From contig MU053559.1 in NCBI GenBank assembly GCA_013239625.1, positions 3,350,607 through 3,414,606 of the forward strand: a stretch of 64,000 nucleotides of DNA, given 5' to 3'. The stretch's first letter is position 1; the number at the start of each line of letters is the position of its first letter. Below are positions 27,020-40,373 of the stretch, piece by piece. Under the pieces are notes generated by a model. It did not search any database, had not been told where the DNA came from, and saw only the letters and a program-made list of their open reading frames with translations. The DNA comes from Lama guanicoe. Its lineage: Eukaryota. The position numbers were made by a program, and so were the translations under genes.

Positions 27020-27447
27020 AAGAAAAAATGAAATTTTGTCATTTGCAACAACATGGATGGACTTGGAGGGTATTATGCTAAGTGAAGTAAGTCAGACAGA
27101 GAAAGAAAAATGCTATATGTATATCACTTATAAGTGGAATATAAAAAATACAACAAACTTGTGAATATAACAAAAAAATAAGCAGACTCACAGACCTAAA
27201 GAGCAAACTAGTGGTGACCAGTGGGGAGACAGAAGGAGAAAGCGGCAATATAGGAGTAGAGGATTAAGAGGTGCAAAATATTATGTATAAGATAATCTAC
27301 AAGCACAGGGAATGTAGCCAATATTTTATAATAACTCTAAATGGAGTATAAACTCTACATTTTAAATTGTGAATCAGTATATTGTACACCTGTATCATAT
27401 ATATAATATTGTACTATACTTCAATAATAAACATAAAAATAAAAATA
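27020..27447 (+). mobile_element. 5'-truncated L1, right part (3' UTR + A-rich tail)
   Basis: Resumes GAAATTTTGTCATTTGCAACAACATGG where 19849 stopped. Confidence 0.85.
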
Positions 27448-27719
27448 ATCATCCTGCTAAACATTATCTCTGGTTCCATATGCATATTTCTTGCTATTTT
27501 CCACAATGTTTAGCACAATAGTTTACATGTAGAAAGCATTCAATAAATGCTTGAGTTGATTTTTTAATTTGGTTTTTAAAAATGCAACATTTGCTGCAAG
27601 CTTTCAAAAGTCTTGTGGGTAGCATTACCTGATTTCATTAGGTTTCACTAGTATCACTACATCAAAACTGGTTGTTATAATATATTGACATGTACATGAA
27701 AATATACCTATATGGTCTA

Positions 27720-28745
27720 CCATCTTAGCCTGTTCCTCTAAGAGAAGATCCTAAGATTAAGGCTTGTGGACAGGTAATTTGTTTAGAAATGTAATTCCAG
27801 AAAGCAGAGTATGTGCAAAAAGGAAGTGAAACAGAGAAAAAGGGAAAGAGCCAATCTAAGTAAAAGCAGAATTGGCCATCACTGAAGATTGGTACTTAAG
27901 CCAACTGGAATCTTGTTTGAAGTGTTAAGAAATGAGTTTCAAATGGCGTTGTGTTGTCATTTTTATGGCTGCATAATATTCCGTTGCATAAATACACCAC
28001 ATCTTCTTTATCCAATCATTTGTTGATGGACATTTAGGCTGTTTCCATGTCTTGGCTACTGTAAATAGTGCTGCTTTGAACACTGGGGTGCAGGTGTCTT
28101 TTTGAAGTAGGGTTCCTTCTGAAACAGACTCATAGACATAGANNNNNNNNNNNNNNNNNNNNNNNNNNNNNNNNNNNNNNNNNNNNNNNNNNNNNNNNNN
28201 NNNNNNNNNNNNNNNNNNNNNNNNNNNNNNNNNNNNNNNNNNNNNNNNNNNNNNNNNNNNNNNNNNNNNNNNNNNNNCTTGTGGTAGGGAGAAAAAAAAT
28301 GTGACAATGAATATATGTATGTTCATGTGTAACTGAAAACTTGTGCTCTATGCTGGAATTTGACACAACATTGTAAAATGACTATAACTCAATAAAAAAT
28401 ATAAAAAAATGAGTTTCGGAACTGTCTACTCAAGGATCAGAGGGGAAATCATTTATCTACTGTTTCCTGTTCCCCATTGGTCAAGAGTGGCCCCGTGTGC
28501 ATTAAATTCCCTCACACTTTCTGGGTCTCCATGTGTGAATGCAGAGGAGGTTCCTACTGGTCAGAGAAGCCTCAAAGAAGGAAGAAAATATGTTTGACAT
28601 CAGCCAAGGAGAGACACAGTTTAACTGCACTTGTGCAAAGCCAGTCAAAGTCTGAATGCAACTGCTCACTCCAGCAGTAGCTGGAGTAAGAAGAGAGAGA
28701 CCAAGAGGCTTTTCGAATGGTACGGAGGGCTCGTCCAATACACAT
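27720..28745 (-). mobile_element. Old ERVL-type LTR (LTR16/33-like), interrupted by L1
   Basis: TCTTAGCCTGTTCCTCTAAGAGAAGATCCTAAGA resembles a reverse-complement ERVL LTR end. Confidence 0.4.
27941..28406 (+). mobile_element. Young L1 with 5' inversion (twin priming)
   Basis: 27941-28120 antisense ORF2 end, 28121-28406 sense 3' UTR + A tail, TSD AAATGAGTTTC (27930-27940 / 28407-28417); N gap 28143-28277. Confidence 0.9.
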
Positions 28746-28925
28746 AAAATTCTGCAAGTTATTAAAAAATATAATCTATTACTAGTTTCTAACAACTTTT
28801 GAATTATTGTCCATACAATTTTGAGTAGCCTTGAGCTACAGAATACTAAAAACTCCCAGAAAGTGTTGAGAAGGGGCCACCAAAGATGAAGGCCCCCAAA
28901 TCAGGAATAATATTCTTGAAATAAG

Positions 28926-29435
28926 TTTTTCAGGTTTGTTGACATACAATTGACGTACAACATTGTGTAAGTTTAATGCATACATGTTAATTTGATACAT
29001 TTATATTGCAAAATGATTACCACTGTAGTGTTAGCTAAGAATCTTCATCATGTCACATAATTACCATTTCTTTTTTGTGTGGTGAAAACATTTAAGATCT
29101 ATTCTCTTAGCAACTTTCAAGTATATAATACAATATTGTTAACTGTAATCATCATTAGATTATATATTAGATCCCCAGAACTTATTCATCTTATAATTAG
29201 GAGTTTGTGCCCTTTGACTAGCATCCCTCATTTTCTACACCTTAAGCGTCTGGTAACCACTACTCTTTCTCTGAGTTTGACATTTTTAGATTCCACATGT
29301 AAGTGAGACCATATAGTATTTGTTTTCTCTGACTTACTTCATTTAGCCTAATGCCCTCAAGTTTCATCCATATTGTTGCAAAATGGCAGGCTTCCTTCTT
29401 TCTCATAGCTGAATGTAGACATTTATCTTTATCCA
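28926..29435 (-). mobile_element. L1 3' end (L1MA9-like)
   Basis: Antisense 3' UTR motifs (TTTAAGATCTATTCTCTTAGCAACTTTCAAGTA, TTAGATTCCACATGTAAGTGAGA). Confidence 0.75.
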
Positions 29436-30361
29436 TGCGTTAAGAGGTCTGCTTCTGGCTAAGATGTAGTGACAGAGTCTAGATTTACCTTCCTGCCTGA
29501 AACAACTGAAAAACAGGCAAAAATATATGAAACAATGCTTTTCAAGACAGTAGATTTCAGGCAATGAAGGAGAGTAATCCAGGAGAGACAGGAAACAAAC
29601 ATGGCGAGCCTTGAGAAAGCTTCTGGCCTATGGCAAGGAAGAGGGAAACAAAGTAAGATATGATGGTCTGACTAGAAGAGATGGGGCTGAGAGTTTAGGA
29701 ATACCAAGGGACCTAGAGTTCATAAGGACTTGTTACGTGAGAGGAGAGTTGCACAGAAGCGGAACTTCAAAGTTTTTCAGAAGATCCCATGAATATTCAG
29801 CTGAGTACTGAGCAGTGCATGTGTGTGAGGAAACTCCCCAAGACTGGAAAAAGAACCATCTGAAAGGATTAGAGAGAATGGTACTTAGTGCCTATTCTCA
29901 ACAACCTGACTGTAAAGTCTCAAAATTCATAGAGCTGTACCCAGAAGATTCTTGCCCCAGTAATGAGAGATAATTAACTTTAGATTATACATGGGTCTTA
30001 TCCCAGCTAATGCATTTTAGAAGCAAGACCTAAGAGAGACAAACTGTTTCCAAGTAATTTAGCTATGTCTCAGAAAAAAAAAAAAAGCTTTAAGGATATT
30101 GATAGATACACATAAATACTCAGCACCCCAAAAGGTAAAAAATCACAAGTTCTTGCATCCAATAAGAAATTACCAGGCATGCAAAGAAAATTTCAATTTG
30201 TAATGAGGAAAAAAAGAAATCAAAAGAAACTGACACAGATGTTATAATTAGCAGAAATGGACAATCAACAGCTATTAAAACTATTTTACATATAATAAAA
30301 GAGACATGGAAGATTTAAAAAACCCATTTCAAACTTCTATTGATAAAACTACAATGTATGA

Positions 30362-32650
30362 ATAAAAACTCTCGCCAAAGTGGGTATAGAGGGAACATAT
30401 CTCAACATAATAAAAGCTATATATGACAAACCTACAGCCAGCATAGTACTCAATGGTGAAAAACTCAAAAGCTTCCCACTAAAATCTGGGACAAGACAAG
30501 GATGCCCACTATCACCACTCCAATTCAACATAGTCCTGGAAGTCCTAGCCACAGCAATCAGGCAAGAGAAAGAAATAAAAGGGATCCAAATTGGAAAAGA
30601 AGAGGTAAAAGTGTCATTATATGCTGACGACATGTTACTATATTTAGAAAACCCTAAAAGGTCCACACAAAAGCTACTAGAGCTGATTGAAGAATTCAGC
30701 AAGGTAGCAGGTTACAAAATTAACGTTCAAAAATCAGTTGCATTTCTGTACACTAACGATGAATCAACAGGAAAAGAAAGTAAAGAAACAATCCCCTTTA
30801 AAATAGCACCCAAAGTAATAAAATATCTGGGAATAAATCTAACCAAGGAGGTGAAAGAATTATACACAGAAAACTATAAACCATTGATGAAGGAAATTAA
30901 AGAAGACTTTAAAAAATGGAAAGATATTCCATGCTCTTGGATTGGAAGAATCAATATTGTTAAAATGGTCACACTGCCCAAGGCAATCTACAGATTTCAT
31001 GCAATCCCTATCCAATTACCCAGGACATATTTCACAGAACTAGAACAAATCATAATAAAATTTATATGGAACCATCAAAGACCTAGAATTGCTAAAGCAT
31101 TACTGAAGAGAAAGAAAGAGGCTGGAGGAATAACTCTCCCAGACTTCAGACAATACTATAGAGCTACAGTCATCAAGACAGCATGGTATTGGTACCAAAA
31201 CAGACATATAGACCAATGGAACAGAATAGAGAGCCCAGAAATGAACCCACAAACTTTTGGTCAACTCATCTTCGACAAAGGAGGCAAGAATATACAATGG
31301 AATAAAGACAGTCTCTTCAGCAAATGGTGTTGGGAAAACTGGACAGCAGCATGTAAAACAATGAAGCTAGAACACACCCTTACACCATATACAAAAATCA
31401 ACTCAAAATGGATCAAAGACTTAAACATAAGACAAGATACAATAAACCTCCTAGAGGAAAACATAGGCAAAACATTATCTGACATACATTTCAAAAATTT
31501 TCTCCTAGAAGAAATAAAAGCAAGAATAAACAAATGGGACCTAATGAAACTTACAAGCTTCTGCAGAGCAAAGGAAACCAGAAATAAAACAAGAAGAAAA
31601 CCTACGGAATGGGAGAAAATTTTTGCAAGTGAAACCGACAAAGGCTTGATCTCCAAAATATATAAGCAGCTCATACGACTCAATAAGAAAAAAATAAACA
31701 ACCCAATCCAAAAATGGGCAGAAGACCTAAACAAGCAATTCTCCAAGGAAGACATACAAATGATCAAAAAGCACATGAAAAAATGTTCAATATCACTAAT
31801 TATCAGAGAAATGCAAATCAAAACTACAATGAGGTATCACCTCACACCAGTCAGAATGGCCGTCATTCAAAAATCCAAAAATGACAAATGCTGGAGAGGC
31901 TGTGGAGAAAGGGGAACCCTCCTACACTGCTGGTGGGAATGCAGTTTGGTGCAGCCACTATGGAAAACAGTGTGGAGATTCCTCAAAAGACTAGGAATAG
32001 ACTTACCATATGACCCAGGAATCCCACTCCTGGGCATATATCCAGAAGGAACTCTACTTCAAAAAGACACCTGCACCCCAATGTTCATAGCAGCACTATT
32101 TACAATAGCCAAGACATGGAAACANNNNNNNNNNNNNNNNNNNNNNNNNNNNNNNNNNNNNGTGGTATATTTATACAATGGAATACTACTCAGCCATAAA
32201 AACCGACAACATAATGCCATTTGCAGCAACATGGATGCTCCTGGAGAATGTCATTCTAAGTGAAGTAAGCCAGAAAGAGAAAGAAAAATACCATATGAGA
32301 GCGCTCATATGTGGAATCTAAAAAACAAAAACAAAAACAAACAAACAAAAACAAAGCGTAAATACAGGACAGAAATAGACTCATAGACAGAGAATACAGA
32401 CTTGTGGTTGCCAGGGGGGTGGAGGGTGGGAAGGGATAGACTGGGATTTCAGAATTGTAGAACAGATAAACAAGATTACACTGTATAGCACAGGGAAATA
32501 TACACAAAATGTTATGATAACTCACAGAGGAAAAAATGTGACAATGAGTGTGTAAATGTCCATGAATGACTGAAAAATTGTGCTGAACACTGTAATTTGA
32601 CACAACATTGTAAAATGATTATAAATCAATAAAAAATGTTAAAAAAACAA
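30362..32650 (+). mobile_element. Young 5'-truncated L1 with uninterrupted ORF2 3' half
   Basis: Perfect 17-bp TSD AAAACTACAATGTATGA (30345-30361 / 32651-32667); A-rich tail. Confidence 0.97.
30380..32321 (+). CDS. L1 ORF2p fragment (partial RT with YADD, C-terminal Cys-rich domain); no native start
   Basis: [19 protein letters not shown] and [18 protein letters not shown] motifs; after the N gap the ORF2 frame reads [13 protein letters not shown]...ALICGI to TAA at 32319-32321. Confidence 0.85.
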
Positions 32651-32776
32651 AAAACTACAATGTATGAGAAAGATTGGAAAATATAATTAATAGGATTAAT
32701 GGCAGATTAGACTCTGAAGAAAAGTTTAGTGAACTTGAAGACATAACAAAAGAAATTATCCAAAATGAAACAGGCA

Positions 32777-32904
32777 GGAAGGGAGTGTATAGCTCAAGTG
32801 GTAGAGCGCATGCTTAGCATGCATGAGGTCCTGGGTTCAATCCCCGGTACCTCCTCTAAAAATAAATACATAAACCTAATTACCTTCCCCACACACACAC
32901 AAAG
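32777..32904 (+). mobile_element. tRNA-Ala-derived SINE, Vic-1-like (camelid)
   Basis: A box TAGCTCAAGTGG, B box GGTTCAATCC, AGC anticodon region, non-tRNA tail, direct repeat AATGAAACA (32764-32772 / 32905-32913). Confidence 0.85.
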
Positions 32905-33354
32905 AATGAAACAAGGAGTAAAAGGATTGAGAAAAAAAAAGTGAATGGGACATTGGTGAACTGTGGGACAACTTAAAGCAGTCTAATATGTAATTATAGT
33001 AGCAGAGAGAGTAGACAGTGAAATAATGGCCTAAAAAGTTCTAAATTTTATGAAAATTAGTTAACATATGGATGTAAGAATGCCAAAAAAAAAAGCACAA
33101 GAAATAGGAAGGAAACTACACAAGGATCATCATAAACAGTGGAAAGCTAGATATACAGTGAAAATCTTAAAACCAGCCACAGAAAAATGACACGTTACGC
33201 ACAGAGGAAGGAAAATAAGGATTTTAGCAGATTTTTCATTAGGAAAAATCCAAGCAAGAAGATAGTGGACCAACAAATTTCAAGTACTGAAACAGTACAC
33301 AGACAATGTAGAATTTTATGCCCAGTGAAAATATCTTTAAAAAATTAAGGCAGG

Positions 33355-33845
33355 GCAGGTACTCAAACAAATATTTATACACAAATGTTCATAGCAGCAT
33401 TATTTACAATAGCCAAAAAGTGAAAACAACTCAAGTGCCCAATAACATATGAACAGATAAACAAATTGTGATATAAGCACACAGTGGAATATTACTCGGC
33501 CATTAAAAATAAGTACTGATCTATGTGATATATGCAACAAAACATGGATGAACCTCAAAAACATGCTAAGTGAAAGGCAGGTAGAAAAGGTCACATATCG
33601 TGTGATTTCATTTATATGAAATATCCAGAATAGGTAAATCTAGAGAGACAGAAAACAGAGCAGACTGGAAGGAGTGAGGAATGGGGAGTGATGGCTTACT
33701 GGACAGAGTTTTCTTTCGAGTCAATGAAAATGTTTTGGAACTAGGTAGAGGTGATGGTTGTACAAAATTGTGAATGTACTAAATGCCACTAAGTTTTACA
33801 CTTCAGTTAATTTTATGTTATGTGAATTTCATCTTGATAAAAATA
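33355..33845 (+). mobile_element. L1 3' end (L1MB-like)
   Basis: ATGGATGAACCTCAAAAACATGCTAAGTGAAAG...GAATGTACTAAATGCCACT. Confidence 0.8.
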
Positions 33846-33854
33846 TGTTAGTTT

Positions 33855-36410
33855 ACCATGGACTGGAAAACTCAATACACTAAAAGTGTGAATTCTCCCA
33901 TATTGATAGACAGATTTAATGCAATTTCTATCAAAATTTCACTAAGAACTTTTGTAGATATAGACAATATTATTCTAAAACTTATACGGAAAAAGAGAGC
34001 AACTAGAATAGCTATAACAATTTTGAAAAAGAACAAAAAAGTAGGAAATCTGATTTAAAGATTTGTTATGTATCTATAATCATCAAGACTGTTTGCCATC
34101 TCTAAATAGACTAAATAGACATGTCTCAAAATAACACACCCAGATGGCCAATAGGCACGTGAAAAGATGCTCAGTATCACTAATTATTAGAGAAATGCAA
34201 ATCAAAACTACAGTGAGGTATTACCTCACACCAGTCAGAATGGCCATCATTAAGAAAATCCATGAATAATAAATGCTGGAGAGGGTGTGGATAAAAAGGA
34301 ACCCTCCTACACTGTTCGTGGAATGTAAATGGTGCAGCTACTATGGAGAACAGTATGGAGCTTCCTTAGAAAACTAAAAATAGTTACCAGGGGATCCAGC
34401 AATCCCACTCCTGGTCACATATCTGGAGAAAACTCTAATTCAAAAAGATACATGCACCCCAATGTTCATAGTAGCACTATTTACAATAGTCAAGACATGG
34501 AAGCAAACTAAATGTCCACAGACAGATGAAGGGATAAAGAGGATGTGACGTCTATATACAACAAAATATTAGTCGACCATAAAGAATGAAATAATGCCAT
34601 TTGTAGCAACACGGAGGAACCTAGAGATTATCATATTAAGTGAAGTCAGAGAAAGACAAATATCATATAGTATCAGTTATATGTGGAATCTGAAAAAGTG
34701 ATACAAATGAACTGATTTACAAACCAGAAATAGACTCACAGACTGAAAACTACGGTTACCAAAGGGGAAGGGGAGGAGGGATAAATTGGGATTTGGGGAT
34801 TGACACATACATACTACCATATATGGAGCAGATAAACAAGGACTTACTGTGTAGCAAAGGGAACTGTGTTCAACATCTTGTAATAACTTATAAAAGAATC
34901 TGAATAAAAATATGTATATAAAACTGAATCACTTTTGCTGTACACCTGAAGTAAACACAGCATTGTAAGTCAACTATATCTCATTGAGAAAAAGAAAACA
35001 CAGACTGTCATTGGTGGAATGACAGACACATAGATCAATGGAAGGGAAGAGAAAACCCAGAAATAGACCCACACAAATGTTATCAACTAATCTTTGACAA
35101 ATGAGCAAAATCAAGTCAGTGGAGGAAGAATAGCCTCTCACCAAGTGGCACGTTAGTAATTCAACATCCACAAGCCAAAAACAAACAAACAAACAAAAAT
35201 TTGAGTTAAGCCTTACACTTTAACCCTCTACTTTATACAAATATCTCAAGGTGGATCATGGACTTAAATGTAAAATGTTATAGCATAAAACTTTTAGGAA
35301 AAAAATCCCAAGAGAAAATATTCAGAATAAGGGGCAAGTGAAGAGTTCTTAGACTTGATATCAAAAGTATGATCCATTAAAAAAGGTAAAATGGACTTCA
35401 TGAAATTTAAATATTTGCTTTTGCAAAAGACCCTGTTCAGAGGATGAGAACACAAAACCAAGAGAAAATCTTTGCAGCCCATATAGCCAACAAAGGTCTA
35501 TTATCTAGAATATGTAAAGAAATATCAAAACTCAATAATAAACAAACAATCCATTGCAAAAGAAACAAAAGACATGAACAGAGATTTCACCAAAGAAGAT
35601 AGATACACAGGTGAAAAATAAGCACATGAGAAGACTATATTGTTTAGCCATTAAGGAAATGCAAACAGTCACAATTCAGTATTACTACACATCTCTCAGG
35701 AGGCCTAAAACGCAGGATAACAGTAATTACTGGCTGGATGTGGAGAAGCTGGATCTCTCATACTTTGCTGGTGGGGCTAGAAAATGGTACACCTGGGCAT
35801 TCAATCCAGAGAAATGAAAACATATGTTCATATGAAAACCTACATATGGATATTTACAGCAGCTTTATTCTTAATAGTCCCAAAGTGGAAACAACCCAGC
35901 TGATCTTCAAATGGGTTAATGGTTAAACAGACGGAAACAACTCAGCACTGTGGAATACTATACAGCAATGAAAATGGAAACAAACTGTCAGTCCAAGGCA
36001 ACAACTTGGATAAGTCTGGAGAGAATTATGCTGTGTGAAAAAAGCCAATCCCAAAAGGTTACACACTGCATTATTCTATTTATATAACGTTCTTGAAATT
36101 TTAACAAAAAATTATAGAAAGAAGAAAATGTCAGTGGTAGCTAGGGGTTAAAGGGGGTAGTGTGGAGGGTGGGAGGAGAAATGAGTGTGGCTACAAAAGA
36201 GACACATGAGGAATTCCTGTGATGATGAAGATGGTCTGTCTTGATTTTGTTAATGTCAATATCCTGCTTGTGATACAGCACAATAGTTTTTCAAGATGTC
36301 ACCACTGATGGAAGTGGGTAAAAGATGTGGGATTTCTCTGTATTATTTCTTACAACTAGATTTGAATCTACTATATAAAAAGAAAAGGTTAATTGAAAAC
36401 TTTTTAAAAA
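33855..36410 (+). mobile_element. Old L1 ORF2 3' part and 3' UTR (L1MC/MD-like), interrupted at 34093-35001
   Basis: Degraded ORF2 motifs continuous across the direct repeat AGACTGT. Confidence 0.7.
34100..35001 (+). mobile_element. 5'-truncated L1, related to copies A/B
   Basis: ORF2 C-terminus + 3' UTR similar to 26110-27000; direct repeat AGACTGT (34086-34092 / 35002-35008). Confidence 0.9.
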
Positions 36411-36459
36411 GAAGACAAAAAAGACCTATTCAGATATGAAAAAGATGACAGTGTTCATC

Positions 36460-39400
36460 ATGAGCAATTATCTCCAAACTGATCTATAGATTCAACACAA
36501 TCACAATCACAATGTGAGCAACAATTTTTATAGAAACTGACCAAATGATTCTAAAATTCATAAGAAATGGAAAGGTAGTCCTTCTGGCAAAAGGAAAAAT
36601 GGCTTCACTGGGGAGTTCTATCAAACATTTAATAACAAAATACTGGTTCTACATAAACTCAGAAGTTGAAGAGGAAAAAATATTTCCCAACTCATTCTAA
36701 GAATTGGGCATTACTCTGATTTTTAAAAAAAAAACAGAAAAAGATATTTAAAGGAAAAGAAACTACAAATTAATATCCCTCATGAATATTAATGCAAAGT
36801 TTCTTAACCAAATTTTAGAAAAAGAAATGCAGTAATTATAAAAATGATAATATATCATGACCAAGTAGAGTTTAGTTCAGGAGTGTAAAGCTGGCTTATC
36901 AATATCTTCGATGTAAAAGATTAGAAAGGAAAAACATGATGATTATTTCAATAGAGTTAGGGAAAGAATTTGACAAAATCCAACACCTATTCCTTATTTA
37001 AATTTCCAGCAAAGTAAGAGTACAAGGGGATATCTTCAACAACTACAATAAAATTAATTCTTATTTTCAGATGGGTAAGATAGCCTACCTAGAAAATCCA
37101 AGAGAATAATTTTTAAAGATCATCTTAGAATAATGAGAATTCAGAAAATTATGGGTATAAGATAAATATACAGAACTCAACAGCTTTCTGGTAAACAAGC
37201 AATAACCACTTAGAGGACACAATGGAAAAATCCCTTTTATAAAAATGATAAAATCTCTTAAGACCTAGGAATAACCTTCGGTTGAAACATTTGAAGCACA
37301 CTGAAAATTAGCAACAAATAAAAATGAAGACATGTGGAGAAAAATACTATGTTCCTGGACACGAAGTTTGAATATGGTTAAGATGTCAGTTTTTCCAAGT
37401 TAAACTGGACGCTTAACATAAATAAAGGAAAGTCCCAATGGGGTTTTAAGAAGCTGAATAAAATTATGATGTATTTGGAAATATAAATATATAAAAATAG
37501 TTTTAAGACACTGGAAAAGTAAATGAGCAGAGACTCTTCCTCCCTTAATTTTAAATTTTTAATAATTGAACCAGTAACGTAAGAATAAATTGCAGATCTA
37601 TGAAATAAACAACAGAATGTGTGTGTGCGCATGTGTCTATAAACGGAACATTAACAGTTAGTAAAGAGACTTCAGTTTCTCTGGCGATGATGGGCTAACA
37701 GGGTTCAAATTTACCCTTTCACCTTAAACAACTAAAAAACTAGAAAACTAAGTTATGAAGCAATGCTTTTCAGATACTGGTCAATAAAGAGGGCAGCACT
37801 GTGATTCCTGAAACTAAGAAATCAAAGGAGGTGAGAGCTATGATTGTCCCACATTACGATCTACAGAGAGTTTTCATGTAGAGGGAAGGGGAGTCCAAAT
37901 AGAGTCTGGTGGTCTCATTAAGTTAAGACAAGGACTGAAGTTCAGGGAAACCAAGGAGTCTGGAGTTTGTGGGGAGAGTGCTGGAGATGAGGGAGCTGCA
38001 AGAGAGAACTCAATATCTGTAGAAGGATCGACTCTAGCCTTTAGCTTTGGCTGAGTACTGACGTTCTAATGGATGAGAAAAAAATTACCCAGGGTTGAGG
38101 AAAAGACCACTGGACAGCAGTAGGCCAAAGAATTCCCAGAGCTCAAAGGCTGGAAATAGTTTGTGTTTCCTCTAGCCAGAGTGGAAAGACCGTGTCATAG
38201 GTAGCCGGCTTGGGTGAAGTCCTCAAAGGCCATATTGCTACGTTAGTAAGACTAAATTAATCCTACACTGAAGACTATTCTGGATCTCTCCTAAAAAAGC
38301 CTAAAAGCAAGTCACAAAAGGATACAGCTGATTCCATGTAACTTAATGGGATACTAGAACAAAGTTCAATACTATTTAAAGGAATAGAAAAAATATAGCA
38401 CTCAACAAAATTCAAGATGTCCAGCATCCAATCAAAACTTCTCAGGAAGGCAAGGAGGCAAGAAAATATGATCCACAACCAGGGGGAAATTTAATAAACA
38501 CAAATGAAGCCAGAAATGATAGGGATGATAAACTAGAAAACAAGAATACCAAAACAGCTAAGATAAATATACCTATATGTTCAAGAAGAGATGAAAACAT
38601 GAACAAGATGAGGAGATAGAAAGATATTGAAAGGGCCAAAATGGGACTTCTAGAAGTGAAAAACACAGGATCTGAAAGGAAAGGCACACTGGATGGGATT
38701 AAACACAGATCAGACATTGCAGAGGAAAAGATTAGTGAATGTCAAACAAAGGAAGTTGATTAATTGAACTTGCTCAAAATGTAAAACTTTCTTCAAAAGA
38801 TACAGTTAATAAATTTAAAAGAGAATCCACAGACAGGGAGAAAAAAAGTATAAACTGCATATCCAACAAAAAGACTTGTATCTAGAATATATAAAGAACT
38901 TTCAAATCTCAAGATTAAGTGAACAACACAATTTTTTAAATGGGCCAAAGACTTGAAGAGAAACTTCACCAAAGAAGATATTTAAATGGCAAATAAGCAC
39001 GCAAAAAGAAGTTCAACATTATTTTCTGTGAGGGGAATGCAGATTAAAGCCACAATGTGCCACCATTACACACCCATTAGAACGGCTAAAATTTAAAAAA
39101 TATATATTAATAATACCAAGTGCTGGCTAGGATGCAGAGCAATTGGTAGAAATGCAAAATGGTCCTGTCACTTTGCAAAATAGTTTGTCAGTCTCTGATA
39201 AAGTTAAACATACTTACCATATACCCCAGTGATTCCATGTCTAGGTACATATCCAAGAGAAATGACAACATGTCTACACAAAGACTTGTATCCAAATATC
39301 CATAGCAGCTTTATTAATAAGAGCCCCAAATTAGAAAGACTCCAAATGTCAATCAGCTGGTGAATGGATAAACCAACTATGATACACCCATACAACTGGG

Positions 39401-40335
39401 TACTACTCACCAATAGAAAGGTACAAACCATTGATACATGAAACAACATAGATGAATCCAAAAGTATAAGTGAAAGATAGACAAGTCTGTATGATATATT
39501 GATATGACGTTGTAGAAATGGCAAAATTGTAGACACCAGGGGTGTAGGCAGTGGACTGATTGCAAAGGTCCACATGGGACCCTTTGGGATGTTGCAGGGG
39601 TTCTAAATCATGACTGAAGTGGTGGTTACATGACTATATGTTTGTCAATATCCATTCAATTTTACACTTAAAATTGGCTAATTTTAATGCATGTACATTA
39701 TATCTCAATTAAGCTGATTTTTAAAAAAACCAGTGGGAACTTTCCTGATGTGATGCTCTGAGAGGGACACACGACCACCTATGAAGTTTTTCTAGCAAAA
39801 GTATTTAACTAGGATCTGCTCTTGAATAAACACTCAGGCTAGCCAGACTGTGTGATATTCTATAAGACAACTGGCCTGAAATACTGAAAAACTGTCAGTA
39901 TCATGAGAGAGGAAAAAGGAGACTAAAGGGCCACAATAACTAAATACGATGTGTAATCCTTGATAGGATTCTATATTAGGAAAAATAAAACTATAAAGAA
40001 TGTCATTGGGACAATTAGGGAAATTTGAATATGGACAATTTATTAGATAACAATACTGCATGAATGTTGTTTCCCAAGTAATTTGTTTATGTAAGAAGAA
40101 TGCTCTTGTTTTTAGGAGATACACGGTGAAGACTTTTGGTTGACATTCAAAGTGTCAAAAGATTGCATCAAGTGGTTCAGGAAAACAAAACAAGGAGGGA
40201 AGGGGGAGGAGAACAGACAAAGAGTTAAAGGAAATTTAACAACTGATGAAAATAGGTTAAGATTATATGGGTATTCATTGCATTATTCGTTTAATTTTTA
40301 GGCAATTTTGAATTTTTTCAACATGAAAAGTTGAG
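36460..40335 (+). mobile_element. Mosaic of old L1 fragments (ORF2 pieces, 5' region 37670-38740, 3' ends 38750-40335)
   Basis: Degraded L1M-type motifs throughout; individual boundaries not resolved. Confidence 0.6.
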
Positions 40336-40373
40336 AAATAAACTTGGTTTAAGACTTTAAGATTGCAAGTTTT

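Larger units (their letters stand above)
29450..33350 (+). mobile_element. Old L1 5' UTR/ORF1 region, interrupted by a young L1 and a SINE
   Basis: Degraded ORF1 motifs (GGCAGATTAGAC, AGTGAACTTGAAGACA, CTGTGGGACAACTT) continuous across the TSDs. Confidence 0.65.

Noticed and set aside
30380..32263. Apparent novel C-terminus or frameshift of the 627-aa ORF
   Set aside because: The gap has 37 N, but the paralogous copy near 14425-14463 has 39 bases there. With 39, the normal ORF2 frame continues to TAA at 32319-32321, so this is a gap-size artefact.
32777..32860. tRNA-Ala gene
   Set aside because: It has a SINE tail and a flanking direct repeat and sits inside an L1, so it is better explained as a SINE.
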